Source: a virus
Taxonomy: Duplodnaviria > Caudoviricetes
Length of the DNA stretch: 64,000 bases
IMG/VR virus record: IMGVR_UViG_3300013383_000024
Location: 1-64,000 of that record
Direction: 5' to 3' (one strand)
Shown here: piece after piece, positions 9,883 through 20,297 of the stretch
Position numbering within the stretch: the stretch's first letter is position 1
Layout of the letters: every line of letters begins with the position of its first letter
The notes under the pieces: generated by a model
Seen by the model: the letters and a program-made list of their open reading frames with translations, nothing else
What the model was told of the DNA's origin: nothing
Databases searched by the model: none
Program-made: the position numbers and the translations under genes

Positions 9883-10350
9883 ATGAATGTAACGAAGAAA
9901 GAGCTGATATTGAGGGTATCTCAGATAATCCGCAGCGCCGGATACCGCAAGACTGTAAAGATACCCAAACATTCTTTTACTATATCAGATAATTGTGGCA
10001 ACACCAACCGCTTTGATGTGACCGGCAGAGTCAAGAAAGTTACCATAGACGAAGCTGATGTTGCTGCTGTCATAGAGGCATGCATAGAGCTTATTTATGA
10101 AACTCTAGCTAAGGGCGACGCGATCAAGCTGAACGGCCTGGGTATATTGGGCGTAAAAACGAGAGCCGCAGGTAAGGTTCGTCGCCTGGACACTAACGAG
10201 ATTGTAGATGTTCCGGAAAGGCGGCTCCCATATTTCGCCGCAAGCGACAAACTCAAAGCAATTGCTAGAGTTAGTGGTAATGGAAGTGACCCTTCAATTT
10301 CTTACTACGAGGAATGTGAGCTCGACGATCCTGAGTTGGACGGTGAGTAA
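9883..10350 (+). CDS. HU/IHF-family DNA-binding protein (YonN-like)
   Basis: TKKELI N-terminus; GDAIKLNGLG..KTRAA..R..T.E...VP.R..PYF..S..LK. Confidence 0.8.
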   Translation: MNVTKKELILRVSQIIRSAGYRKTVKIPKHSFTISDNCGNTNRFDVTGRVKKVTIDEADVAAVIEACIELIYETLAKGDAIKLNGLGILGVKTRAAGKVRRLDTNEIVDVPERRLPYFAASDKLKAIARVSGNGSDPSISYYEECELDDPELDGE

Positions 10351-10352
10351 GA

Positions 10353-11381
10353 ATGGCCGCAATTGATATAAACGTTTCGAGCACTATGTGCCGCAAATGT
10401 GGTAAGGCATACGGCAGACTAAAAGGCAACTTCCCTGTTAATTATGGTCCGCTGTATAAGGGTAACGGATATATTCCCTATTGCCGCAGCTGTATCGATC
10501 AGATGTATGAGAGCTATTTTTCCGAGTGCAAGTCAGAAGCGCTTGCTGTACGTCAAGTATGCCGCAAACTCGACTTATATTGGAATCAAGGCATTTTTAA
10601 TAATGTAGTCAAGCGCAATTCTCAGCGCTCCATGATGACTTCATACATAGCAGCGACAAACTCCCCAAAGTGCGCCGGTAAGTGTTATGACGATACGCTT
10701 CGTGAATATGGCGCTCTTTGGTCATTTGGAATAGGCAGCGTAACCCCTCCTAGGCAAGAAACGACTGACGACGCCGAGGAGCCTGATTGCGATATCCCCC
10801 CTGATGAAATCAAGAGCTTTTGGGGGCCGGGCTACAGCGACTCTATGTACTGGCAACTCAATGAGCGCTATCAGTACTGGCTTGGTCAGTATCCGGACGA
10901 TGCCGAGCTAACTATTGGTGAGGAGGCTCTCCTGCGTCAGGTGTGTAACCTTGAAATCAGCATCGCGCAGTCGCGCTCTCAAAACAAGTCCATAGAAAAA
11001 GAAGTCAATACTCTTAACTCAATTATTGCCAGCCTAAATATTCGCCCTGATAAGAAGAAAGCTGTTGAAGGTTCTCTTAATGAATCCACGCCTTTTGGTG
11101 TGTGGATTAGAAAAATCGAAGACACTCGTCCTATTGCCGAGCCCGATCCTCAGTTTCAAGATATCGATGGCATCAGAAAATATATTACCGTTTGGTTCTT
11201 CGGGCATCTTTGCAAGATGCTTAAAATCAAAAACTCGTACAGCAAATTGTATGAGGACGAGATGGCGAAGTTGCGTGTTGAGCGACCTGAATATGAGGGC
11301 GAAGATGATGACGCTATCATAGAAGATATCTTTGCTCACACAGAACCTCAAGACGATGCTCCGGTGAGTGCCAATGAGTGA
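10353..11381 (+). CDS. Putative terminase small subunit/YonG-like protein with N-terminal Cys cluster
   Basis: CRKC..CRSC; directly upstream of and overlapping terL. Confidence 0.55.
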   Translation: MAAIDINVSSTMCRKCGKAYGRLKGNFPVNYGPLYKGNGYIPYCRSCIDQMYESYFSECKSEALAVRQVCRKLDLYWNQGIFNNVVKRNSQRSMMTSYIAATNSPKCAGKCYDDTLREYGALWSFGIGSVTPPRQETTDDAEEPDCDIPPDEIKSFWGPGYSDSMYWQLNERYQYWLGQYPDDAELTIGEEALLRQVCNLEISIAQSRSQNKSIEKEVNTLNSIIASLNIRPDKKKAVEGSLNESTPFGVWIRKIEDTRPIAEPDPQFQDIDGIRKYITVWFFGHLCKMLKIKNSYSKLYEDEMAKLRVERPEYEGEDDDAIIEDIFAHTEPQDDAPVSANE

Positions 11382-11550
11382 GCGAGAGCATGTATTTTTA
11401 AAGAGTGTTGAATTATGGACGGCGTTCTACAGGGCAAATCCCCAACGATTTGTTGAAGACTATTTACATGTAAAACTTAAACTATTCCAAAAGATACTGA
11501 TTTTCATGATGAACATCAGCAATTTTTTCTGTTACATCGCCGCGAGAGGT
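11374..11550 (+). CDS. terL: Terminase large subunit, exon 1
   Basis: YRANPQRF..L..FQ adenine-binding region ending AARG (first half of Walker A); spliced TerL 572 aa. Confidence 0.88.
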
Positions 11551-11800
11551 TAACACGGCCTCGCCGCATAGTAATATACGGGCAATAAGTGGGCAAAATC
11601 GGTAAACGCTGAGATGCCAATACCGAGGTAAATGTGAAATCACACATCACCGTAACGCATAGGTTGTGAGCGCTATGAGAGCAATAATCAACCCACGAGT
11701 GTCCACCACCCTCGCCTTGGGGGGTGAAAATATATGCTGAACTTGCAGGAAAATGAACCGCAAGAACTTAAAGATAAAAAGCTTTAAGGATAACACATTG
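11551..11800 (+). ncRNA. Group I intron 2 (ORF-less, 250 nt), in terL Walker A
   Basis: P1 GAGGU/GCCUC with U.G; core GTAACGCATAG ... AAAATATATGCTGA; terminal G11800; splicing yields AARG-QGKT. Confidence 0.92.
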
Positions 11801-12078
11801 CAAGGAAAAACATTCCTGTTGGCGATATTTTGCTGTGTTCGCTGCATACTTTTCCCCGGTACCAAAGTAATTATCGCTTCCGGTACACGAGGGCAGAGTT
11901 TAAACATTTTAGAAAAAATTAAAATTGAACTGTTTCCTCGATCTCCGCTCCTTCAGAACGAAGTCGAGGAAATTAAACTATCTGCATCAAATGCGTATGT
12001 ACTATTTAAAAACGGATCGTCTATCAAGGTTGTCACCGCTAGTGATTCTGCTAGAGGCAACCGAAGCACATTGCTGAT
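11801..12078 (+). CDS. terL: Terminase large subunit, exon 2
   Basis: QGKTFLLA...ARGNR; in frame with exon 1. Confidence 0.88.
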
Positions 12079-13124
12079 AAGTTAAATTGTCTAGCCATGC
12101 AGAAATGTATGGTTGTAATCGGGCAAAATCGGTGAAGGCTAAGTAATTAGCAAAACAGTCTAATCAATTAAGGAGAACAATGGCTAAAAAATCATCAACG
12201 GAAGAGTTTAGAAAGAGATTGGAAGATATACATGGCAACCAATTCGAGCTACTGTCAGAGTATGTAAATAACGAAACCAAGGTGCAGCTTCGTTGTCAAA
12301 AATGCGGTAATATTATTTTTAAGCGCCCATCCAAAATCGTTTGCCGCCCATACGAGGGGTGCTATGTCTGTTCGGGCAAAAATCGCTATAAGACAAAAGA
12401 GTCCCTCCAACGAGAAGTAGATGTATTATATCCTGATGAATTTTTAATATTAGGAGATTACCTTGGTGCGCGGAAAAAGACACTCGTAAAAAGAATCCCG
12501 TGCGGTCATACATACGAAGTATCTCCAGATAATTTGTTGCGCGGTAAAGGCTGCCCTAAATGTAATCAGTCGCATTATGCGGACATTGTTGAAGACTACC
12601 TTATTAATAAAGGTATTACCTTCGAGCGAGAAAAGCGGTTTACCGGTTGCCGAAACATTAGAGAGCTTCCTTTTGATTACTATATCCCCGACAGGAATAC
12701 TTGCATAGAGGTCGATGGGCAGTTTCATTATAAATCGTATTATGAGGCTATTAATAATTATGCTGCATTTGAAGCTGTGACCGTGAGAGACAAAATAAAA
12801 ACAGACTACTGTAAGGATAACGGGATTAAACTAATAAGACTTCCGTATTATATGTCGGATCGTTTTCCTGATATTTTAGATTATGAATTATATGCCAACA
12901 CCGAGATAACTCAGTCAACAAATCGGGTGACTGAGTATTGTAACGCATAGAGGGTGACGAAAGAATAATCCCTCCACGAGTGTCCGACACGACCAGCTAT
13001 AGGCTGGCCTGAGCAGGGTTAGCATCTTGCGAACCTAACGTCCATACGAGGGTGAAAATATATGCTGAACTTATAGGAAACTATAAGATCTGTAGGATAA
13101 AAAGCCTACAGGGTAACATATTTG
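12079..13124 (+). ncRNA. Group I intron 3, in terL Walker B
   Basis: Core similar to intron 2 (GGGCAAAATCGGT, GTAACGCATAG, CCACGAGTGTCC, GGTGAAAATATATGCTGAACTT); P1 GCUGAU/GUCUAGC; terminal G13124; splicing yields LLI-VDE. Confidence 0.9.
12180..12950 (+). CDS. Intron-encoded endonuclease, zinc-finger repeats plus Vsr/DUF559-like PD-(D/E)xK domain
   Basis: CQKC, CYVC, CPKC; FEREKRF..PFDYY..IEVDGQFHY..RD..K..YC..NGIKLIRLPY; RBS AAGGAG. Confidence 0.8.
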   Translation: MAKKSSTEEFRKRLEDIHGNQFELLSEYVNNETKVQLRCQKCGNIIFKRPSKIVCRPYEGCYVCSGKNRYKTKESLQREVDVLYPDEFLILGDYLGARKKTLVKRIPCGHTYEVSPDNLLRGKGCPKCNQSHYADIVEDYLINKGITFEREKRFTGCRNIRELPFDYYIPDRNTCIEVDGQFHYKSYYEAINNYAAFEAVTVRDKIKTDYCKDNGIKLIRLPYYMSDRFPDILDYELYANTEITQSTNRVTEYCNA

Positions 13125-14388
13125 AGTTGATGAGTGCCGAATGGTCGACAAAGAGACCATAGGCACCGTGCTTCGAAAATTTTTAACAGACGCCCGACAT
13201 CCGGGCTATATAGACAATCCTAAATACAGTCATCTTGTTGAGCGGAACAAAGAAGTCTATTTAACTTCTGCTTATTATAAAGATAACTGGAGTTACGATA
13301 AGGTCCGCGATTATGCTGAGCATATGGTTTGTGAGGACAGTTATTTTGTATGTGGCTTCCCTTACCAACTCTCAGTAAGTGAGGGGCTTTTGAACCGAGA
13401 AGCCGTCGCTGACGAGATGTCTGAAGCAGATTTCAACGAGATAACCTGGTCAATGGAAATGGAGTGCTTATTCTGGGGAGATGAGAGTGGAACATTCTTT
13501 AGTTATGATTCCATCTCTAAAACGCGGAAAATCAAGTACCCCATGTTACCATCTAGGCTTGCCGGGCTTCTCAATAACAGTGCTAAGATTCGCGTCCCTG
13601 CGAAGCTTCAGGGAGAAATACGCATTCTTTCAGCTGATATCGCATTGATGTCCAGTAAGAAGAACCGTAATGACGCTTCCGCTTTGTTTGTTAATCAGAT
13701 GCTTCCGTCTCGCGGCGGACGCTATACAAGCAATATTGTTTATAGTGACAGCGCCGAAGGATTACGTACAGATGAGCAAGCTCTTATGATACGTCGCTTG
13801 TACGAAGAGTTCCAGTGTGACTACATAGTGCTGGACGCAAACGGACTCGGACTTGGCGTATATGACGAGCTTGCGAAGGACATGGTTGATCCTGACACGG
13901 GCGAAATATACCCTGCCCTGTCATGCTGCAATAATCAGGAGATGGCCGACCGGTGCGTATCACGCTCTGCTGATAAGGTTATTTGGGCAATCAAGGCCAA
14001 CCCGGTAATCAACTCCGAGTGTGCGCTGTTATTGCGCGAAGCGTTCCGCAGTGGCAAGATCAGGCTTTTGATACCCGACCAGGACGGCGACTCCGCCCTT
14101 GCAGATATTAAAGGATACGGTTCGCTCAGCGAGACTGAGCGGCTTTCTCTGCGCATGCCATACGTACATACTACATTACTGATCGATGAGCTCATTAAAC
14201 TGCAGCACGAAGAAAGCAGCGGAAGAGTTAAGATCAGCGAAAAGTCTACGATGCGCAAAGACCGGTACTCCAGTCTTAGCTACAACTATTATGTCGCGAC
14301 TCAACTTGAGGCTAAGCTTGGGAAGAAGCAGAGCGCAAACTTCCAAGTCAGTGACATTTTTAGATTTCGCGCTCCAAAAATACGATAG
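13125..14388 (+). CDS. terL: Terminase large subunit, exon 3 (ATPase C-terminus and RNase H nuclease)
   Basis: VDECRM, LTSA coupling motif, SADIA, LDANGLG, RKDRYSS. Confidence 0.9.
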
Positions 14389-14403
14389 AAAAGAGGTGAG
14401 AGT

Positions 14404-15513
14404 TTGGAAGATAGCCATAGGACAAATATAAAATTAGGTGAACCCGCACTTGACAGCTCAGATGGTGCGGCTCACGCAAAGAGAGCACCGCTGGATATGG
14501 CATCTACGAAAACCTTCCGTCTGTCGAAGAACTTTGCCGCTCTGAATCATCTAATACTCAGAGACTTAAACAACAATCCGACCGCACCTACATTTTATAA
14601 GTATTCTAAAGACGACATCGCGACATATCTGCAGAATCCGTATACATACGAGAAGCAGCTACGAGATGCCGTTGTTTATATTTATGGGGCAAGTTCACAT
14701 TTCAGACGGTTAATACAGTACTTTGTCAGTCTGTCTGATCTTGCGTATGTTGTATCCCCTTATAAGGTTGATCCTTCAAAGGCTAATGTGAAGACTATAA
14801 ACAATAACTATCGAAAAGTCCTAAACACATTATCGTCGATGTCTGTAAAGACGCAGTTCCCTAAAATACTTTCCGTATGTTTAAGAGAAGATTGTTTTTA
14901 TGGAACGCTTTGGGTCACAGCCGACAGCATAACCGTTCAACAGCTCCCCTCTGACTATTGTAGTATCTCGACGATTGAGGGCAATGTTCCTAACGTGTCT
15001 TTTGATTTTTCGTACTTCAGTTCAAGAGAGAGTGATTTACCTTTTTATCCTTCTGAGTTTACCACTAAATACAATCAATATAAGAGCAACAGAAATATGA
15101 GATACCAGGAGCTCGACTCTCCTACCTCGTTTGCTGTTAAGTGTAATAACGACATACTTAGTTACTCAATTCCCCCGTTTGCCGGTATCCTTAGAGAAAT
15201 TTATGATATTGAAGATTATAAATCCTTAAAGCAAACAAAGACGGCGCTTGAGAATTATGCTATGTTGGTTATGAAGCTGGGTCTGAGTGACGATGGAGAC
15301 TGGCAAATAGATTACAACAAAGCGGTAGACTTTTGGCAAAATCTCGACGCAGTGTTGCCGGAAGAAATCGGTTCTGTTTTATCTCCGATGGATATTGACA
15401 AAATCAGTTTTGAGCGTAGCAATACTGCCGACACCGATACTGTTGCTGAAGCGGAGCAAAATCTGTTTACCGCAGCAGGTGTATCATCATTACTATTTAA
15501 TAATGCGAAGGCT
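14404..15513 (+). CDS. Portal protein (YonE-like), exon 1
   Basis: Position between terL and protease; TTG behind AAGAGGTGA; ends AGVSSLLFNNAKA; spliced product 511 aa. Confidence 0.8.
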
Positions 15514-16491
15514 TAACAAGATAGGTCTCTTATGCAGCAATGCATATTAACAACCCATTGAATTGCTGGAAACCCCTTAGAGCAGCGCCGACCACAACAT
15601 AGGCATGAAAACAGCCAAGTGTGACGGTTTGAAAACGGCGTTGATTGGGCAATCAGCAGCCAAGCTCCGAACAGGAGAAGGTTCAACGACTATCCCGTAA
15701 GGGAGTAGGGTCGCAAGCGATTGGCGACCCGAAGTGGTGGGCACCCCATTGGGGTGAAGATATAGTCTGTGCTTAATAGAAATATTAAGAGAAAGGAGTA
15801 GCGTCCTTTAAAATATATTAAGATTTGAGGTTCCAATTGAAAAAAGAAGATTTAACTGGGCACAATTTTGGAAGACTGACTGCAATTGCATCCTACGAAG
15901 ATCATATTCAGCGGAGCGGGAGGCATAAAACCCAATGGCTATGTCGTTGTTCTTGCGGCAACGAAGTCGTCGTTCAAACATTTAATTTGAAAAGCGGAAA
16001 TACAAAGAGCTGCGGATGTCTTAATGCCGAAAATATAAAAACACAAAGCGTAACGCATGGGGATAGGCATACTAGGCTGTACCGAATTTGGTGCGGCATG
16101 AAATCTCGCTGTTACGATACGGCATGCCCCAGTTACGAGCGATATGGTCGCAGAGGAATTATGATGTGTGACGAATGGAAGGAGTCCTATCAAACCTTCA
16201 AAGACTGGGCAGTACAGCGCGGATATAACGACGAACTGTCTATCGACAGGGTCAACAATGACGAGGGGTACTCTCCGGAGAATTGCAGATGGGCCACGCA
16301 GAAAGAGCAAGCCAACAATCGTTCATCCTCTAAGCACTTCCTGTATGAAGGACGAGATGTCACGATTTCCGAACTATCTGAGATAACAGGCATCAAGTAC
16401 CATACACTTTTTGCAAGGTTAAATACTTTACATTGGACAGTAGATGATGCTGTAAAGACCCCAGTTAGAACCACAACTTAATAACACACAG
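15514..16491 (+). ncRNA. Group I intron 4 (IA-like), in the portal gene
   Basis: Same P/Q/R/S elements as intron 1; P1 AGGCU/GGUCU with U.G; P9.0 UGUG/CACA then G16491; splicing yields NNAKA-SANALSLSIKAD. Confidence 0.93.
15825..16481 (+). CDS. Intron-encoded HNH-type homing endonuclease (paralog of 5894-6529)
   Basis: FGRLT..WLCRCSCG, YGRRGI, SIDRVNNDEGYSPENCRWAT..QANN. Confidence 0.85.
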   Translation: MRFQLKKEDLTGHNFGRLTAIASYEDHIQRSGRHKTQWLCRCSCGNEVVVQTFNLKSGNTKSCGCLNAENIKTQSVTHGDRHTRLYRIWCGMKSRCYDTACPSYERYGRRGIMMCDEWKESYQTFKDWAVQRGYNDELSIDRVNNDEGYSPENCRWATQKEQANNRSSSKHFLYEGRDVTISELSEITGIKYHTLFARLNTLHWTVDDAVKTPVRTTT

Positions 16492-16917
16492 AGCGCAAAC
16501 GCATTATCATTATCCATAAAGGCAGATCAAGCTATTACATTTGGCATTGTTAAAGGAATAGAAGATGTTGTGAATCGTTATATTCAAAGCCAGGGTTACG
16601 GGAAGAATTTCAGAGTCACATTCTTGGATTGCAGCCCGTTTAACCGCGAGGAATTAGGTAGCCAATATTTAAAGGCGTGCCAGTATGGTGTGCCAATGGT
16701 GTCTTATTACTGTGCGTCTCAAGGCTTAGGTCAGGCAGAAATTGACTCCATGAATTTCTTGGAGAATAAAGTCTTGAATATCAAAGCCGATTTCATTCCC
16801 TTGAAGAGTTCCTCAACCCAAAGCAGCGACAATATTGATAATCCTGATGGCGGTGCTCCACGCAAAGATGATGAGGATTTATCCGAGAGCGGAATTCAGC
16901 ATAGAGAGGATGAATAA
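16492..16917 (+). CDS. Portal protein, exon 2
   Basis: Open frame from 16492; C-terminal PLKSSST..GGAP acidic tail typical of portals. Confidence 0.8.
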   Translation, partial: SANALSLSIKADQAITFGIVKGIEDVVNRYIQSQGYGKNFRVTFLDCSPFNREELGSQYLKACQYGVPMVSYYCASQGLGQAEIDSMNFLENKVLNIKADFIPLKSSSTQSSDNIDNPDGGAPRKDDEDLSESGIQHREDE

Positions 16918-16920
16918 AAG

Positions 16921-17097
16921 GTGAAGAAATTTGTCTATGTTTATAGCGCCGATGCCAGAGATAAGCTTTTAGCTGCAAACTATACGCTTATGAAATCGGA
17001 TGAACGCAATAATATATACATATTTTTAAATGAGGACAAGCTGTCGTTCTCAAGTTTGGATGTTTCGTACATTCTTTCAGACACAATAACTTTCTAA
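16921..17097 (+). CDS. 58-aa hypothetical protein
   Basis: GTG..TAA open frame filling the portal-protease gap; below the ORF-track cutoff. Confidence 0.55.
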   Translation: MKKFVYVYSADARDKLLAANYTLMKSDERNNIYIFLNEDKLSFSSLDVSYILSDTITF

Positions 17098-17148
17098 CCC
17101 ACGTTTACGGCGTGGGCATTTTTATACCCTGAAGGTGGTGATGCGCCA

Positions 17149-18672
17149 ATGGCATTAGAAAATATGAGCATCATCTTTTCATCCGGCATTACTTCGTTAG
17201 TTGAGCAGAACTCATCCTTTGATAAAGGACTGCTGCGTGTTGCATATGTGGGAGACAACCGTAACGGCTCGTCTATTAGCAAAGAGACATTTGAGCGCTG
17301 TATCAGCACCATCTATAACTGCCCTGTCGTTTGTCGGTATGATCGCGAGGCCGACACAATTGGTTCCCATGACGTAGATATCGTCCGCAAGGACGATGGT
17401 CTGCATTTAGTGAATGCTACGCATCCGGTCGGTGTTGTTCCGGCTGGGGCCGAATATCACTGGGAGACAATCGAAGAGGCTGACGGCGCAGAACACGAAT
17501 ACCTCTGCGTAGAGGTACTGTTGTGGAAGCGTCAAGAAGCTTATCAAAAGATAAAAGACGACGGCGTAGTTGACGAATCGATGGAGATTACTGTGAAGGA
17601 AGGAGAACTTGTAAACGGTGTCTTTGTTATTAAAGATTTTGAGTTTACTGCCTTCTGTCTTTTGGGCACTGCCGAGCCGTGTTATGAATCGGCTTCACTT
17701 GCGGTATTCTCCGATGACCAGTTTAAGGCGCAGTTTGCCACGATGATGCAGGAGTTAAAGGAAAGCATATCACAGGTTAACCCCTCTTTGGAGGCTAACA
17801 TAAACACCCACACTGAAGACTATTCGGAAGGAGGAATAAAGGTTTTGGAAGATAAACTGGCATTGCTTGCTGAGTTTGGTCTCTCCGCTGATGCACTCGA
17901 TTTCAATCTTGATGATTTTACTATAGATGAGCTCAGAGAAAAGTTTGAAGCGATAAAGGCTGAACAAGAGCAGGCTGCGTTTGCACTCGCTCAGCAAGTC
18001 ACGGACGCTATTGTGTCCGCTCTCGGTGTTGAAGAAATTGATACCGACTGGGGCACCATGCGTCGTTATTGCTATGTCGACCATGACCCCGAAGCGTCTG
18101 AAGTTTATTGCTACGATGCTGGGGACAAGTGGAATCTTTACGGTTTTACATACTCGATGAATGGCGACAACGCAGTTATCGATTTTGAGTCTAAGAAACG
18201 CAAAAAGTTTTCCATTGTGGATTTCGACATGGGCGAGCAGCCCTCTCCTGTTCTCAGCATGTTTGAGATCATGAGTAATCGCATTAGCGAAACATCCGCC
18301 CAATGGGAGGCAAAGTATCAGACAGCAGCCGATACTATAACTTCTCTTAATGGCGAGCTCAACGAGCTTAAAGAGTTCAAGAATCAAATCGAAGCTTCCC
18401 AAGCAAAGGCTGATCGCGATGCTGTATTTGCACAGTTCGAGGATTTAGTCGGTGTTGATGCATTCGAGAATCTGCGGCAGTCCTGTGAAGATGGGTCTGT
18501 CGATTTTTCTATCGAAGAGCTGGAAGACAAATGCTACAGCATCCGAGGAAGGCAGGGCATCGTTGCAAAGTTCAGCAATGAGGCCAAACCTGTTACGCCG
18601 CGTCTCAAGGTTACTCGCGATGAGCGTACCGATGAGCCTTATGGCGGCATTTTTAAGAAGTACGGTTATTAA
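17149..18672 (+). CDS. Prohead protease/scaffold (YonD-like)
   Basis: NRNGS, ESMEI, FCLLG..PC motifs followed by an acidic coiled-coil region. Confidence 0.8.
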   Translation: MALENMSIIFSSGITSLVEQNSSFDKGLLRVAYVGDNRNGSSISKETFERCISTIYNCPVVCRYDREADTIGSHDVDIVRKDDGLHLVNATHPVGVVPAGAEYHWETIEEADGAEHEYLCVEVLLWKRQEAYQKIKDDGVVDESMEITVKEGELVNGVFVIKDFEFTAFCLLGTAEPCYESASLAVFSDDQFKAQFATMMQELKESISQVNPSLEANINTHTEDYSEGGIKVLEDKLALLAEFGLSADALDFNLDDFTIDELREKFEAIKAEQEQAAFALAQQVTDAIVSALGVEEIDTDWGTMRRYCYVDHDPEASEVYCYDAGDKWNLYGFTYSMNGDNAVIDFESKKRKKFSIVDFDMGEQPSPVLSMFEIMSNRISETSAQWEAKYQTAADTITSLNGELNELKEFKNQIEASQAKADRDAVFAQFEDLVGVDAFENLRQSCEDGSVDFSIEELEDKCYSIRGRQGIVAKFSNEAKPVTPRLKVTRDERTDEPYGGIFKKYGY

Positions 18673-18710
18673 TCCGTACACATTTAATTACCAATTAGGA
18701 GGAATACACA

Positions 18711-19208
18711 ATGGCAGATAAATACTGTGTTGTGAGAACCGACCTTCTTAGCGGAACTGCGCAGGGCGCAGACCTTGTTTCTTTTCGTTTTTATAACGAC
18801 AAGGACGAGCAGGCGGAGGTCGAAAACGGTGTCATCGTAGAGCTCGGTGAGTACGAAGATGATAACCGTGAAATTATGAAGGCGAAGGCTGCAACTGCAA
18901 GCTCTGATATTAATAAGTGTGCAATCGCTGCCGCTCCCGAAGTTATGTATGACGAGCGCAAGAAAAATCTTTACGAGTACATAAACGAGGCTGGCAAGGC
19001 CGTTCGCGGTTATATCCCCCGTACTCGCAATATTTTCTCCCTGACCGCTGAGGGCTTTGTCGGCGGAACTGCTCCCGCTAAGGGCGGTAAGGTAGGCATT
19101 GGCGCAGGCGGCAAGCTTGACGCGGCTGGCTCCGGTTTCGGCGAATGCATCCGCATCGAAAAGGTCGGTCGCTACACCTACTATGTCATCAGAATTACAA
19201 AGGCATAA
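18711..19208 (+). CDS. Head decoration/minor capsid protein (YonC-like)
   Basis: Between scaffold and capsid; ENG motif; strong RBS. Confidence 0.6.
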   Translation: MADKYCVVRTDLLSGTAQGADLVSFRFYNDKDEQAEVENGVIVELGEYEDDNREIMKAKAATASSDINKCAIAAAPEVMYDERKKNLYEYINEAGKAVRGYIPRTRNIFSLTAEGFVGGTAPAKGGKVGIGAGGKLDAAGSGFGECIRIEKVGRYTYYVIRITKA

Positions 19209-19221
19209 GGAGGGTAGAACT

Positions 19222-20232
19222 ATGACCAACAATGAAATTGTAAAGGTTGCCGTTGATGCTTACCACGGCAAAGTTCAAAAGTATTCTGTAAGCGAATCTC
19301 AGGACGTTCTTCGTCAGGCTCTTATCGAGCTTAACGGCGGCGAGACCAAACTTAATCCGAGAAACCTTCGTGGCGCTAAAGGCGATGAGATGTTTGCTCT
19401 TATCGAAGAGATTCTGAAGCAGACTGTTGTAGAGGGTCTTACCGATGACGATTACTTCAACACACTTGTTGACTTCCGCAATGTAGCAGAGGGCGATAAG
19501 AACGTCTTCGTAGTTAAGGACAATGTCCTGTTTATGGTTTCCGACCTGGCAGATGGTACTCAAGGCGTTCAGCGTCAGAGAATCAGCGGCGTTAGCGAAG
19601 TATCTATTCCCACCTCCCGCAAGGTTATTAAAATTTACGAAGAGCTCGATAGAGTTCTTTCTGGCCGTATCGACTTTAATGAGTTTATTGATCTCGTATC
19701 TAAGTCCTTCCGTCAGGATCTTCTTGAGAAAATTCAGGCTCTTTGGAACAACGCTTCCGCTAACGATTTTGGCGGCGCTGTCTATTTCCCCACTGCCGGT
19801 ACTTACGACGAGGGTGCTTTGCTTGACGTAATTGCTCACGTAGAGGCAGCAGCTAATGGTGAACAGGCGACGATCCTATGCACCAAAAAGGGTGCGCGTA
19901 TGCTCGGTCAGTCACTTCTGGCTGACTCCGCTAAGGAAGATATCTACAATCAGGGCTATGTTGGCAAGTTCTTTGGCACTCCGGTTATTATTACTCCGCA
20001 GCGTCATAAGTTCGGTTCTACCGATTTCATCCTGCCTGACAACGTGTTTACCGTTGTTGCGGGCAGCCAGAAACCTATCAAAGTCGTGTACGAGGGCGAC
20101 CCCATGGTTATCATGGGTAACCCCATGAACAACGCCGATCTCACCTATGAGTACTTGTATAGTGAGAAGTATGGAGCCGCCATCGTTTTGGCTGGCGGAA
20201 ACGCAGGCGTAGGTCGTTACGAGACTACATAA
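19222..20232 (+). CDS. Major capsid protein (YonB-like)
   Basis: 336 aa, RBS AAGGAGGG, high-expression codon usage, G.FFGTPVI motif, followed by a terminator. Confidence 0.85.
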   Translation: MTNNEIVKVAVDAYHGKVQKYSVSESQDVLRQALIELNGGETKLNPRNLRGAKGDEMFALIEEILKQTVVEGLTDDDYFNTLVDFRNVAEGDKNVFVVKDNVLFMVSDLADGTQGVQRQRISGVSEVSIPTSRKVIKIYEELDRVLSGRIDFNEFIDLVSKSFRQDLLEKIQALWNNASANDFGGAVYFPTAGTYDEGALLDVIAHVEAAANGEQATILCTKKGARMLGQSLLADSAKEDIYNQGYVGKFFGTPVIITPQRHKFGSTDFILPDNVFTVVAGSQKPIKVVYEGDPMVIMGNPMNNADLTYEYLYSEKYGAAIVLAGGNAGVGRYETT

Positions 20233-20245
20233 GTAATATTGTTAA

Positions 20246-20274
20246 GAGGAGCTGTTTACGCAGCTCCTCCTTTT
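20246..20274 (+). terminator. Intrinsic terminator after the capsid gene
   Basis: GAGGAGCTGT-ttac-GCAGCTCCTC-CTTTT. Confidence 0.75.
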
Positions 20275-20297
20275 GAACGAAAGGAAAGATAATAATT

